NCBI GenBank assembly: GCA_030390025.1
Contig: CM059431.1
Coordinates: forward strand, 138,510,001-138,574,000
Source: Squalus acanthias
Lineage: Eukaryota
Length of the DNA: 64,000 nucleotides
Direction of reading: 5' to 3'
The notes under the pieces were generated by a model, which had not been told where the DNA came from, ran no database searches, and saw only the letters and a list, made by a program, of their open reading frames with translations. Position numbers and translations under genes: made by a program. Each line of letters opens with the position of its first letter. The stretch's first letter is position 1. Shown one piece after another: positions 14,571-28,336 of this stretch.

Positions 14571-14768
14571 CCAGGAATACTGAGTGAAATTGTCAGTGTC
14601 CCACTGCAGCCCAGACTGAGCCCCATTGGGGAACATTCAGCCTCGGATATCCTGCAGAAGCAGCGCTGTGGGGCCGGGCGGCTGAGTCTCGTGACCCTGT
14701 GGCTGGGCCTCTGACATCACAGTGGGAGATGACGCTCGCTCAGCTTAAATTAATTAAGTTACTTCAAT

Positions 14769-14868
14769 TCAATCCGTTAATTTAAAAGCCACTCTCAGTC
14801 CAGGTCTTGTTCCCTGAAGAGACTTCAGCTGTCTCTCTCCGGTTGAACTGAACTGATTCCCCAACAGC
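14769..14868 (-). CDS. NLR terminal coding exon ((W)LLGNQFSSTGERQLKSLQGTRPGLRVAFKLTD*)
   Basis: Acceptor TTTCAG|G. Phase-2 continuation of the previous exon. TGA at 14769-14771. Confidence 0.85.
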
Positions 14869-15040
14869 CTGAAACAGATTAAAGATTAAACAGCAAATAA
14901 ACAGATTGAACAACAGTGCAAATAACAGGGAGACTGGGGCTAATATTTCAATAATAATTACAGACAAATATTACGCATAACAGTGACTGAATCCCATTGA
15001 TATTTTATTTATTACATTAAACATGAACACAAACACTCAC

Positions 15041-15208
15041 CAGATCCGCTGCAGACTCCTGCAGTTCAGTATGAGGCGGCGGAGAGCGGGGACAGATCGG
15101 TCTGTGAAGGAGTTAAATCTCAGGTCCAGAACCGTCAGTGACCGGTTTGTACTGAGAGCGGAGGAGAGATCCTCGGCACCAGAATCTGTGAGACCGACAT
15201 CACGTAGA
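15041..15208 (-). CDS. NLR LRR exon, 168 nt (LRDVGLTDSGAEDLSSALSTNRSLTVLDLRFNSFTDRSVPALRRLILNCRSLQRI)
   Basis: CCCCAG acceptor, GTGAGT donor, ribonuclease-inhibitor-type LRR. Confidence 0.92.
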
Positions 15209-15349
15209 CTGGGGATCAGAGAGAGTAATAACGGGAATCAGAGTAAATCCTCAGAGTTTATTAATAACACTATTACTGATACTAGTAATAATGTTCAGTG
15301 TCAAACATCCAGTTATTATAAACACAATCTCACACAGTCTGGTACTTAC

Positions 15350-15520
15350 TCCAGTTCCTGTATTTTACAGTCTGGATTCCTCAGAGCCGCAGACAATAGT
15401 TTCACTCCTGAATCTCCCAGTTTATTATAACCCAGGTTCAGATCCGTCAGTGACTGGTTTGTACTGAGAGCGGAGACGAGATCCTCGGCACAAGAATCTG
15501 TGAGACCGACACCAGCCAAC
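15350..15520 (-). CDS. NLR LRR exon, 171 nt (LAGVGLTDSCAEDLVSALSTNQSLTDLNLGYNKLGDSGVKLLSAALRNPDCKIQEL)
   Basis: CCGCAG acceptor, GTAAGT donor, phase 2-2, canonical 171-nt NLR LRR exon. Confidence 0.93.
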
Positions 15521-15664
15521 CTGCGGATCAGAGAGAGATAAATAACAGGAATCAGAGTAAATCCCCAGTGTTTAATACAAACACTATTACTGATACTAAT
15601 AATAATGTACAGTGTGTCGACATCCAGTTATTATAAACACAATCGCACAGAGTCTGGTACTTAC

Positions 15665-15835
15665 CCCAGTCTCTGTATTTTACATTCCGGGTTCCTCAGA
15701 GGGGCTGACACTAGTTTCATTCCTGAATCTCCCAGTTTATTTTTACTCAGGGTCAGATCCGTCAGTGACCGGTTTATAATGAGAGCGGAGACGAGATCCC
15801 CGGCACAAGAATCTGTGAGACCGACATCATACAGC
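15665..15835 (-). CDS. NLR LRR exon, 171 nt (LYDVGLTDSCAGDLVSALIINRSLTDLTLSKNKLGDSGMKLVSAPLRNPECKIQRL)
   Basis: CCCAG acceptor, GTAAGT donor; matches ORF 15661..15951. Confidence 0.93.
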
Positions 15836-15975
15836 CTGGGATCAGAGAGAGAAAGAACAGGAATCAGAGTAAATCCCCAGTGTTTATTAATGACACTATT
15901 ACTGACACTAATAATAATGTGCAGTGGCAGACATTCAGTTATTATAAACACAATTTCACAGAGTCTGGTACTTAC

Positions 15976-16146
15976 CCCAGTCTCTGTATTTTACATTCCG
16001 GGTTCCTCAGAGGGGCTGACACTAGTTTCACTCCTGAATCTCCCAGTTTATTTTTACTCAGGTCCAGATCCGTCAGTGAGCGGTTTGTACTGAGAGCGGA
16101 GGCGAGATCCTCGGCACAAGAACCCGTGAGACCGACATCATACAGC
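15976..16146 (-). CDS. NLR LRR exon, 171 nt (LYDVGLTGSCAEDLASALSTNRSLTDLDLSKNKLGDSGVKLVSAPLRNPECKIQRL)
   Basis: CCTCAG acceptor, GTAAGT donor; matches ORF 15972..16211. Confidence 0.93.
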
Positions 16147-16425
16147 CTGAGGATCAGAGAGAAATAACAGGAATCAGAACCTAAGTGTGGGCCCAGAACA
16201 GAGAGAAACAAAGCTGGAAGTGCAAGTTAGAAAAGTAGTCAGCAAAACTAGTAGGGAGCAGAAACAAAGGCCTACAGTAAAGAGGGTCAAACTGCAGAAA
16301 AATATTAAACAGGCAAAGTTGAAGGCACTTTATCTAAATGCACGTACCATTCGCAACAAGGTGGATGAATTAATGGCACTAATAGAAGTAAATGGGTATG
16401 ATTTAATTCCCATTACAGAGACATT

Positions 16426-17117
16426 GGGCTGGATTTTGATACTGGGGCGGGTTGGGGTCGTGTTATCCACCCGACTGCAATTGGATGTGGGAGATTGAAG
16501 CAATTTTCACCTAATTGGGCAATTGAGTTCCAGCATGTGGGAACCCATGAACCAATTAGTGGTTTCAGTCTGAAAGTCGCCTCTGATGATGTCATCATTG
16601 CTGCTGCATTGAAGCTCTTCAGAGACTGCCTGGCCTTTGCTGTGAGTGGACCTGGATGCAAAATGAGCAGGAGAGAGAGAGAAAGAGAGAGAGAGAGAAT
16701 GAGAATGAGAATCAGACTCCAGGTCCTCTCACAGCAAAAGCCAAGCAAATGCAGCAGCAGGAGATGCGACTTTCAGACCTAATACTACTACTACCTTCAT
16801 CACATCTCCGTTGTAATAGTGGACCTGCAGCTGATAGTCAGCTATCCACTTGTACTCCCGCCATCAGGCGTGCTTCACGTCAGAAAAGGGTTAAACTAGC
16901 TAAAACGTTTCAAAATGGCATTACAGAGCCAATTTAGGGCTTGTTAAGGGCTTTAAAGGCCTCTCCCGCCTCTTGGAGGCGGGACGGAGTCGGGAACACC
17001 GCACACGATTTTATCAAAATTGCGTGGAGGTGGAATGGAGGCGGGATCAGGTCCGCCTGCCACTTTTCGCAATTTTAACCCCGCACACGCCTCCAAAGCC
17101 CTATGAAAATCCAGCCC
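16426..17117. mobile_element. Non-autonomous Harbinger-like MITE (692 bp)
   Basis: Perfect 12-bp TIR GGGCTGGATTTT...AAAATCCAGCCC. Splits the CR1 ITET|WLQG codons. Flanks ATT/ATG fit a 3-bp TSD with one mismatch. Confidence 0.85.
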
Positions 17118-18504
17118 ATGGTTGCAGGGTAACCAAAGCTGGGAACTGAATGTTCCAGGGTACTCAACATTTATGAAGGACAGACAAAAAGGAAAAGGAG
17201 GTGGCGTAGCGCTGTTAATAAGGGATGAGATTGGTACGGTACAGATAAAAGATCTTGGCTCGGCAGATCGTGATGTAGAACTGGAATCAGTTTGGGTGGA
17301 GCAAAGAAACAGCAAAGGGCGGAAAACATTGGTGGGAGTTGTGTATAGGCCACCAAACAGTAATGATAATGTAGGACACAGTATCGGTCAAGAGATTAGA
17401 AGTGCATGTAACAAAGGTAATCATGGGGGACCTCAATCTACATATTGACTGGACAAATAAAATTACGACTAAGGGTGTGGAGGACGAATTCTTGGAATGC
17501 ATGCGAGATGGTTTCCTGGATCAGTATTTGGAGGAACCAACCAGGGAACAGGCTATTCTGGATCTGGTACTGTGTAATGAGAAAGGATTAATCAATAATC
17601 TTGTAGTAAAGGGGCCTTTAGGGACAAGTGACCATGATATGATTGAATTTACATTAAGTTTGAGAGTGATGTAGTCCGATCTGAAACTAAGGTCTTCAAT
17701 CTAAACAGAGGAAACTACAAGGGTATGAGGGACAAGTTTACCATGGTAGATTGGGAGACTACACTAAAAGGTATGAAGGTGGACATACAATGGCTAACAT
17801 TCAAGGAAATAATGCATAATTTGCAACAAACATATATTCCTCTAGGGCATAAAACCGCAAAAGCAAAAGTGATCCAACCATGGCTAACAAAAGAAATTAT
17901 AGCGAGTATTAAGTCAAAGGAGGAAGCTTATAAAGTTGCCAGAAAAAGCGGTCAACTTGAGGATTGGGATCTTTTTAGAAATCAGCAAAGGGAGACCAAG
18001 AAATTAATAAAGAAAGGGAAAATGGAATATGAACACAAACTAGCAAAAAATATAAACACGGATTGTAAAAGCTTCTATAGGTATGTGAAAAGGAAAAGAC
18101 TAGCGAAGGTAAATGTAGGTCCTTTACAGGCACAGACGGGAGAATTTATAATGGGGAATGAGGAAATGGCAGAGAAATTAAACAAATACTTTGTTTCTGT
18201 CTTCACGGAGGAAGACACAAAAAACCTCCCAGAAATACGAGAAAACCAAGGGTGTGACAAGAATGAGGAACTTAAAGAAATTATTAGTAGTAAAAAAACT
18301 GTACTAGCAAAATTAATGGGACTAAAAGTCCATAAATCCCAAGGACCGGATGACCTACATCCTTGGGTTTTGAAAGAGGTGGCCATTGGAATGGTGGACG
18401 CATTGGTTGTCATCTTCCAAAATTCAAAAGATACTGGAACGGTTCCTGCAGATTGGAAGATAGCAAATGTAACCCCGCTATTTAAGAAAGGAGGGATAGA
18501 GTAA

Positions 18505-19700
<1,196 letters not shown>

Positions 19701-21005
19701 CATGGATTTGTGAAAGGGAAATCATGCTTGACAAATCTTCTGGAATTTTTTGAGGATGTTTCCAATAGGGTGGACGGGGGTGAACCAGTAGATGTGGTGT
19801 ATTTGGACTTTCAGAAGGCCTTCGACAAGGTCCCACACAAGAGATTGGTGTGCAAAGTTAAAGCACATGGGATTGGGGGTAATGTGTTGACGTGGATTGA
19901 GAACTGGTTGGCACACAGGAAACAAAGAGTAGGAGTAAATGGGTACTTTTCAGAATGGCAGGCAGTGACCAGCGGGGTACCGCAGGGTTCGGTGCTGGGG
20001 CCCCAGCTGTTTACATTATATATTAATGATTTGGACGAAGGGATTAATTGTAATATCTCCAAATTTGCGGATGACACTAAATTGGGAGGCAGTGTGAACA
20101 ATGAGGAGGATGCTAGGAGGCTACAGAGTGACTTGGACAGGTTGGGTGAATGGGCAAATGTATGGCAGATGAAGTACAATGTGGATAAATGTGAGGTTAT
20201 CCACTTTGGTGGTAAAAATAGGGAGGCAGACTATTACCTGAATGGTGGCAGATTAGGGAAAGGGGAGGTGCAACGAGACCTGGGCGTCATGGTACATCAG
20301 TCACTGAAGGTGGGAAGGCAAGTGCAGCAGGCAGTCAAGAAAGCAAATGGCATGATGGCCTTCATAGCAAGGGGATTTGAGTACAGGAGTAGGGAGGTGA
20401 TGCTACAGTTGTACAGGGCCTTGGTGAGGCCACACCTGGAGTATTGTGTGCAGTTTTGGTCTCCTAACTTGAGGAAGGACATTCTTGCTATTGAGGGAGT
20501 GCAACGAAGGTTCACTAGATTGATTCCTGGGATGGCCAGACTGACATATCAAGAAAGACTGGATCAACTGAACTTGTATCCTCTGGAGTTCAGAAGAATG
20601 AGGGGGGATCTTATAGAGACGTTTAAAATCCTGACTGGTTTAGACAAATTAGATGCGGGCAGAATGTTTCCAATGTTAGGGGAAACTAAAACCAGGGGTC
20701 ACAGTCTAAGGATAAAGGGGAAGCCATTTAAGACTGAGATGAGGAGGAACTTCTTCACCCAGAGAGTGGTGAATCTGTGGAATTCTCTACCACAGATGGT
20801 TGTTGAGGCCAGTTCGCTAAATATATTCAAAAGGCAGTTAGATATAATACTCACAACTAGGGGGATCAAGGGGTATGGCGAGAAAGCAGGAATGGGGTAC
20901 TGAGGTAGCATGTTCAGCCATGAACGCACTGAATGGCGGTGCAGGCTCGAAGGACCGAATGGTCTACTCCTGCACCTATTTTCTATGTTTCTATGTTTTC
21001 TATGT
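19701..21005 (+). mobile_element. 5'-truncated CR1 LINE with open RT C-terminal frame
   Basis: HGFVKGKSCLTNL...FADDTKL...YGEKAGMGY* to 20903 without stops. (TTCTATGT)n tail at ~20980-21005. Confidence 0.93.
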
Positions 21006-22403
21006 AACATGGATTTACGAAAGGGAAATCCTGTTTGACAAACCTATTAGAGTTCTTTGAGGATGTAACTAGTGGAGTAGACAAAGCGGAACCGGTAGAT
21101 GTGGTGTATCTGGATTTTCAGAAGGCCTTCGATAAGGTCCCACACAAGAGGTTGGTGAACAAAATTCAGGCACATGGAATTGGGGGTAATATACTAGCAT
21201 GGATTGAGAATTGGTTAACAGACAGAAAACAAAGAGTAGGGATAAACGGGTCTTTTTCAGGATGGCAGGCTGTGACTAGTGGGGTACCGCAAGGATCGGT
21301 GCTTGGGCCCCAGCTATTCACAATCTATATCAATGATTTGGATGAGGGTACTAAATGTAACATTTCCAAATTTGCTGCTGATACAAAGCTAGGTGGCAGT
21401 GTCAGTTGCGAAGAGGATATGAAGAGGCTTCAAGGGGATTTCGACAGGCTCAGTGACTGGGAGGGAACATGGCAGATGGAATATAATGTGGATAAATGTG
21501 AAGTTATCCACTTTGGTAGAAAAAACAGAAAGGCAGAGTATTTCCTCAATGGTGAAAGATTGGGGAATGCAGAAGCTCAAAGGGACCTGGGTGTCCTCGT
21601 ACAAGAGTCACTGAAAGGGAATGTGCAGGTGCAGCAAGCCATTAGGAAGGCAAATGGTATGCTGACCTTCATTACAAGAGGATTTGAGTACAGGAGTAAA
21701 GAAGTCTTTCTCCAATTATATAGGGCCTTGGTGAGACCACACCTGGAGTACTGTGTACAATTTTGGTCTCCTTACCTAAGGAAGGATATACTTGCCATAG
21801 AGGGAGTGCAACGAAGGTTCAAGAGATTGATTTCTGGGATGGCGGGACTGTCGTATGAGAAGAGATTGAGTAAACTAGGCCTGTATTCTCCTGAATTCAG
21901 AAGAATAAGAGGGGATCTCATTGCAGCATTCAAAATTATTACAGGGCTTGATAGGATGGATGCTGGGAGAATGTTTCCCTTGGCTGGGGAGTCTAGAACC
22001 AGGGGCCACAGCCTCAAGATAAAGGGAAGGCCATTCAAGACTGAGATAAGAAGGAATTTCTTCACAAGGAGGGTGGTGAATCTTTGGAATTCTGTACCCC
22101 AGAGGACTGTGGAGGCTCAGTCATTGGGTATATTCAAAACAGAAGTCGATAGATTTCTGACTAGTAAGGGCATCAAGGGATATGGTGATAGTGCCGGTGA
22201 ATGGAGTTGAGGCAGAAGATCAGCCATGATCTCATTGAATGGTGGAGCAGGCTCGAAAGGCCGAATGGCCTACTCCTGCTCCTATTTCTTATGTTCTTAA
22301 ATCCCCAGCGTCTATTAATAACACTGTTACTGATACTAATAATAATGTTCAGTGTTAGACATCCTGTTATTATAAACACAATCTCACACAGTCTGGTACT
22401 TAC

Positions 22404-22490
22404 CACAGTTTCTGTATTTCACAGTCCGGGTTCCTCAGAGCCGCAGACAGTAGTTTCACTCCTGAATCTCCCAGGTTATTCTGATTCAGT
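22404..22490 (-). CDS. NLR first LRR exon, 87 nt (LNQNNLGDSGVKLLSAALRNPDCEIQKL)
   Basis: GTTTAG acceptor, GTAAGT donor, phase 2-2, homologous to the second half of the 171-nt exons. Confidence 0.9.
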
Positions 22491-22627
22491 CTAAACACAA
22501 ACAGAGAGAGAAACAAACTGAATCAAAGCCCAGATCTGATATATTTTTCTCTCTCGGATATTACAGCAAACACTGAAAGTACTTCAGGACATTAATAACC
22601 CGGTTTCCCCCTGCGATTTCCCTCACT

Positions 22628-23095
22628 GGGCGGGTCGGGTGCGGCCGGGGTCGGTGGCGGGTCGGGTGCGGCCGGGGTCGGTCGGGAGGGGCAGGGGGCG
22701 GTGGCGGGTCGGGTGCGTCCGGGGGCGGGTCGGGTGGGGCCGGGGGTGGGTCGGGAGGGGTGGCGGGTCGGGTGCAGCCAGGTGCGGGTCGGGTGGGGCC
22801 AGGGTCGGTGGCGGGTCGGGTGCGACCGGGGTCGGTGGCGGGTCGGGAGGGGCCGGGGTCGGTGGCGGGTCGGGTGCGGCCGGGAGTCGGGTGTGGCCGG
22901 GGTCGGTGGCGGGTCGGGTTGGGGTCGGGGGCGGGCTGGGTGGGGCCGGGGTCGGGGTCGGTGGCGGGTCGGGTGGGGCCGGGGCCGGTGACGGGTCGGT
23001 TGGGGCCGGGGTCGGTGGCGGGTCGGGGTCGGTGGCGGGTCGGGTGCGGCCGGGGGTCGGGTCGGGTGCAGATCGGGGTCGGGGTCGGGTCGCGG
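22628..23095. repeat. G-rich degenerate tandem repeat (~26-27-bp unit GGGGTCGGTGGCGGGTCGGGTGCGGCC)
   Basis: Read directly; almost no A on the + strand; dense GGG runs. Confidence 0.92.
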
Positions 23096-23696
23096 CCTCG
23101 CTCTGGAGAATTGGAGGAAGCGGGTTTGATGACGTCATTTGATGACGCACACATTGAGTTTGACCATTGTGATGTCAGTGTTCTACAGTATTGAGGTGCT
23201 GCAAACACTGACCATCTCTGCACAGAGGAGCACGGCTACACCCAGGCCATTCCATAACTCCCTCCATATGCTAATGGAGGGAGCCACCGCACGCAGGGAG
23301 GTTCTCTTCACTTCCAATGGGCGAAAGAGACCAACACAGCCTGGTTACACATTGCACAGTGGGGCTCAATCAGAAATGTCGTCAGGGGGACCAGGCTGCA
23401 GTGGTGCAAACATTTCAATGATCTCAGTGGATCACAAAACATTACTGCAAAGCCACCCTCAACCTCATCCTGCTGTGCCACTCATCACATCCCCATCACT
23501 CTGCCTTCCCTACCCTACTCCTGCACATTCAAACTCACACTAACTTACCTTGCACCTCCACCCATCCCTCTATCTATATTATCACGTCCCCATCTCACTA
23601 GCCACCCCTCACACTCACTCTCATCCTAGTCCAGTCATACCAACTAACAACATACAAGGGAAGGCAATTGTGTGTTTTAGCCAATGTTCACATGAA

Positions 23697-26600
23697 GGGC
23701 GGGATTTTGTCAGTGTGGGCGGGCTGAGGCGTGTCAGGTGGAAATCGTGTCAGGACCCTGACTCCTAAGTGATGTGTTGATAAAGTGGGATTTTCCCCTA
23801 ATTGGGCAATTGATTTCCTGCGTGTGGGAACCACTGGCCCAATGAGTCTTTTCAAACAGAAAGTCGCCTCCGATGATGTCATCAATGCTGTTGGATTTAA
23901 GGCCTGCAAGCAGCCTTGATTCTTCTGGAGACTGGAAACGCTTGGGACATTGTATGAAGGATTTCATTTCCCGACCATGTCCACCAGCAAGCAAAAGTGT
24001 GCACTTCGCTTTGATGAGCCCTCTCTCCAAGCTCTGGTGCAGGGAGCAAGATCTAATAAGGAGGTGCTCTTCCCTTCCTCAGGGAGAAAAAAGCCACCAC
24101 AACAGACTAAAGCTGTGTGGCTGCAAGTGGCCCAGGAGGTCAATGCCATCTCTATGTGCCGCAGAACCTGGCTGCAGTGCAGGAAGAGGTTTCATGACCT
24201 TCTCCGCACAGGAAAAGTGAGTATGACTTTCCCATCACCCTCAATCTCATCCCCATCGCCTCTCCTCACCAACACTCAGCTTTGCCAACCTCTTCCTCCA
24301 TATCCCACTTGACACTGACATCCCTGCACCCTTACCCATTCCCTCTCTCTCTATGGTCACATTCACTTAACTATTCGACCATGCAGCCCTCACACTCCCT
24401 ATCACTGTGACGCAATGATAACAACTTACAACACACAGGGAGGGCCCTTTGTCTCCTTCTAAGCATCTATGCTATGGATTCTCTACACTCACTCCGTCAT
24501 TCTCACTCAAACTCCACTTGTGTCACTCATTGCAGGGAAAGAGAGGCCACAATAAGAGGGAAAGAGCGAGGACAGGAGGAGGACCACCCTCAGTAGCCCA
24601 GCTCACCACCTCAGAGGAGGGGGCCCTGGAAATTGCCAGGATCGAGGAGGATTTCCAAGTCGGGGACGGACAGGCGGGCGCATCACAGCAAGCTGGTGAC
24701 AGAATAGTTTGGCGTCTCTCTCATTGACATTGCATGAGTGACTGATAATGATTCTGATGCTCCAACAGATTGACTTATGATAATCTGCACAATTCAATTT
24801 GCATGCAACCTTTACCTCACATCTCTAACTCTTTCCTTTACTCCCCCACAGGACCATCGAGAGCCCCCGTCCCCACTGTCCAGGAGGAAGAGCCTGAGCT
24901 TCCAGACTCCTCAGAGGAAGCTGCAACCTCTGAGGGCGCTCCTTCAGCAGAAATAAGCGCACCCTGCACCAGCGCAGACACACACACCTCGGTGGGACCT
25001 TCGGGACATAGAGTAGAGTTGTCACCTGGTGTATCACAGCTCACAAGTGAGCATCAGCAGATGGTGGAGACAGGGACAGCAGTGGAGAGTCCTCGTCGCA
25101 GTGGAAAGGACGCTCCCAGCTCGGCTCCGCTGCATGTCGACCCTGTGCCTCCTGGTCCATCCAGAAGGAGAGCAGTGCTGGAACTCCAGGAACAGGTGCA
25201 GGAGTCTCTGGCAGGTTTTGTCTCCAGGTTCGCTACGAGTGTGGAGTGGATGGAGGAGTCCATCGCTAACATGAGCAGAGCCTTTGTGGGGGCGTTGGTG
25301 CATGAACGCATCACCCCGGAAAGGATAGCAACCTCCTTGGAAAGGATGGCTACCTCCATGATAAGGCTGGCTACGGTAGAGGAGAGGATGGCTACGTCCA
25401 TGGAGGAGCTTAGTCGCCAGGGTATGGAAAACATGGTAATTGTTCAGAATAGACTGACATCTCTTGAGCGATGGTCAGCTATTGAGCAAAGAAACCAGAC
25501 CTTCATGCAAGTCCTCTAGAGTAGGACTTCCAGTGTAGAAACAGGTCCTCATGGCCCCCCTGCAGTGCAGCAAGGTGCTGTCCAGCCACCTTCTAGGTCT
25601 GAAGTGGGGCTGACCCATGAGAGGGATGTTGGTGGCATACAACAAGGAAGTTGGGGCTGCTCTCCAAGCACTCACACGACCATGCCACTGCAGAGCCCTC
25701 GGTCAGAGCCCCACCAGAGTCCCCACCCAACTGAGATCGGCGTCTCAACCCCTGCACAGCCGCAGGAGCAGCAGACTGTTGTTGAGCCCTCACAGGTTTG
25801 CAACCCCAGAGGACGCCCGCCAAAGGTGTCGAGACAGGATCAGCAAGAAAGTGAGCAAGGGGACTCCACATCTGCTGAAGCCACAGGGGAAGCACAACGG
25901 AGGAGCATGCGCAAGAGGAAGATAATGCCCAAGTAGTCACAAGGGTAGTCACTTGGGTGAAATGTTGTGTTTAATTTTGAAAAGCCATCAGTTGCTTGTC
26001 ATAAAAAGTTCTGATGGCAAACTGTTGCAGTTGTGGCGTTTGTCATTTCGCAAATGGGACTTCCACATTGAGGGCTTAGGGCAACTTGCAATTGTCAGTA
26101 TGGTGGTCAGAGTGATAGGAATCCGCAGGTTCTTGGCCATTGTCGATGGTCTGATAAGAAGGTGCGAGGCAAAAGTGTTTGATTTTGCAGGCTAAGCAAA
26201 TCTGGCCAAGAGGAGTAGGTCCCTTGTATCCCAGGCAGCAATGTGGTCGCGCGCTGGCGCCTTCTGGCCTGTGCAGCTTCAGCTGGGTGAGCAGCAGCCT
26301 GGCGCTCCTGTTGTTGCTGCTGCTGTTGGTGCTGCTGTTGTTCATGGTTCTGCTGCTGCCACGGCTGTTCTTTGTCAGAATCTGATATCCAGGAGGAAAG
26401 GAAATAAATGGTTCCTATGCTTCTGGTATATGCCTCAGTTGAAGAAGTCAAGGTGGCGAGAGGGGTTTCCCAGGAGCTCACACTGGAGATGGGTCTCAGG
26501 CTCCAAACTTCCACATCAAAGAGTGTGCCTGCTAAAAGTACCCCCAGACCTGAGACAACAAAGTTCTGCCACCTGCAAATGATGATTGCTGAAAACTCCT

Positions 26601-26928
26601 TTTTAATGGTGGAGCTGCAGCTGTTAGTAAGCAGTCCACTTGAGGCCGCCAGGATTCACTGGCGTGTTCCAGAGGAGACGAGCAGGACATGGGACAAGTG
26701 GTAAAAATCAGAAAGGCCTCTCAAAATTGGATTCTAGAGGCACTTAACTGGTTGTTAAGGGCCTTAAGTGCCTCTCCCGCCTCTTGGAGGCGGGATGGAA
26801 ACGGGTCAGAAAACACGCATTTGGGAAAATTGCTTGGAGGCGGGCCCGAGCCCGCCCGCCATTTTTTGCGATTTTACCACCTCACACCCCTCCAATCCCA
26901 CCTCCTCGGGCCTGGCAAAATCGAGCCT
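23697..26928 (+). mobile_element. Harbinger/PIF-type DNA transposon (3.2 kb, probable deletion derivative)
   Basis: Imperfect TIRs GGGCGGGATTTTG / CAAAATCGAGCCT, 3-bp TSD GAA, internal Myb/SANT gene. Confidence 0.85.
23977..25936 (+). pseudogene. Harbinger Myb/SANT-like (trihelix) DNA-binding protein gene, 3 exons (23977-24216, 24536-24695, 24852-25936), one in-frame TAG at 25517-25519
   Basis: RFDEPSLQALV..W..VA..VNA....RTWLQCRKRFHDL and RARTGGGP motifs. GT-AG introns in phase. Same frame continues past the TAG to a basic RRSMRKRK C-terminus. Confidence 0.8.
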
Positions 26929-28336
26929 GAAGTTTCTGTTAATGTGGTGTCAAACATTGAACTCTTTATTTTCAACACTTTTCGTTCTTCGACAGATTTG
27001 TGTGCACCTTTGGAAGTAGCTTAGTGAGTTGCAGTGAATGGTGAGACATAACAGTACCCCCCGCAATGCTGGTGAGTGTGACAGGAATGGTTTGGGCATT
27101 GTAGGGATGATTTATGTTGTCGGTGTGGGCTGGTGCCAACCTGGCGCATCATGTGGCATGCAGGACGTGCAGCGTCCAGTGAAGAAAATCTGGCCATGGT
27201 GAGGCCATCTCTGGGGTCCCGGTCAGCAATGTGGCCGGGTGTTGATGCCCTCTGTGCTGTGCAGCATCAGGAGTTGCGGAGCAGGTTGGTGGTGTTATTG
27301 GTGCTGCTGGTGTGCCTGGTGCTGCTGGTGTTGGGGCTGATCGTGGTGGGACTCTGAGGCCAAAGGTGAGACAGTATAAACCATAACCATGCTGATGTAA
27401 TAGATGGTAGGTGAACTGGAGATGACAGAAGCAATCTGTTAAAGGTGAGAGAGGTTGTTCTAATGAGGTGACACTGGATGGAGAGTTTGCACCAAACACT
27501 TGCAACCTGCATAAAGCTCAATCTGTCTTCAAAATGCAGGAAGCAACAGCTTCTGAGCTTGGAAAGTGAACAGCTGTGAGATGGGAGCTTTTATAGCACA
27601 TTTCCAGCTGTTAAGTAATGAAATAATTCCATGGCCATTCAACTCCCGCCCTGATTACCTGACGTGATCCCCGAGCAGCATGGACGACCTGGTAAACTCT
27701 GAAGTTGAGCTAAAATAGTTGTTAATCCTCTGTTAACAAAGGACAGAATGACCTGAATTGCCACCCCCGCCGCAAAATGTCGGGACTGCTCAGCACTGAC
27801 AGACCCGAGATTTGGAAACGGCGCATGGGCGGGGGGTTGACAGCGGGGTCCTGACCAGCTGGGGAAAAATCCAGTTTCCCCACTCGACCTGCCACCGATC
27901 GCACCCGCTGACCCCCGTGAAATTCCCTCCTATTCCTGTCACTGGGAATGAACCTCACTCTGTCCAACACCCCATATATTCAGGGACTGTGAGTAAATGT
28001 ATTTATTAAATAAAGTGCTGTCTTTGTGAAGCCTTTCAATGTCCCTCAGTCCGGTCTCATTCCCTGATGATCAGAATTACCCTCCTGGAGCTCAGTGACT
28101 GGCTTCGGCATGTTCGGAGAAACTTGCCTCATTTCTGCTGCTCCTTTAATCCCAGATTTTATGGGAATGGGGCGATTGTCCCAGTATTAAATGATAAAGC
28201 GGTGATTCCCTGTTCTTTATACTCTGTGCATTATATTAATCTGTATAATATCTCGGGGTGAGTTATATTGTGAAACGCTAACTGCTGCTGTAAAATCAGT
28301 CCCCCAGGATTTTATATAACACAGAGAATTTATTCT

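Larger units (their letters stand above)
23096..27930 (+). mobile_element. Degenerate non-autonomous Harbinger-derived element (decayed Myb/SANT-like coding remnant), interrupted by the element at 23697-26928
   Basis: 23240-23696 joined to 26932-27700 aligns by eye with the uninterrupted copy at 57432-58867. Remnant SLHMLMEGATARREVLFTSNGRKRP. Ends approximate. Confidence 0.65.

Noticed and set aside
22561..23223. Pro/Arg/Gly-rich ORFs
   Set aside because: Products of the G-rich repeat, open in many frames.
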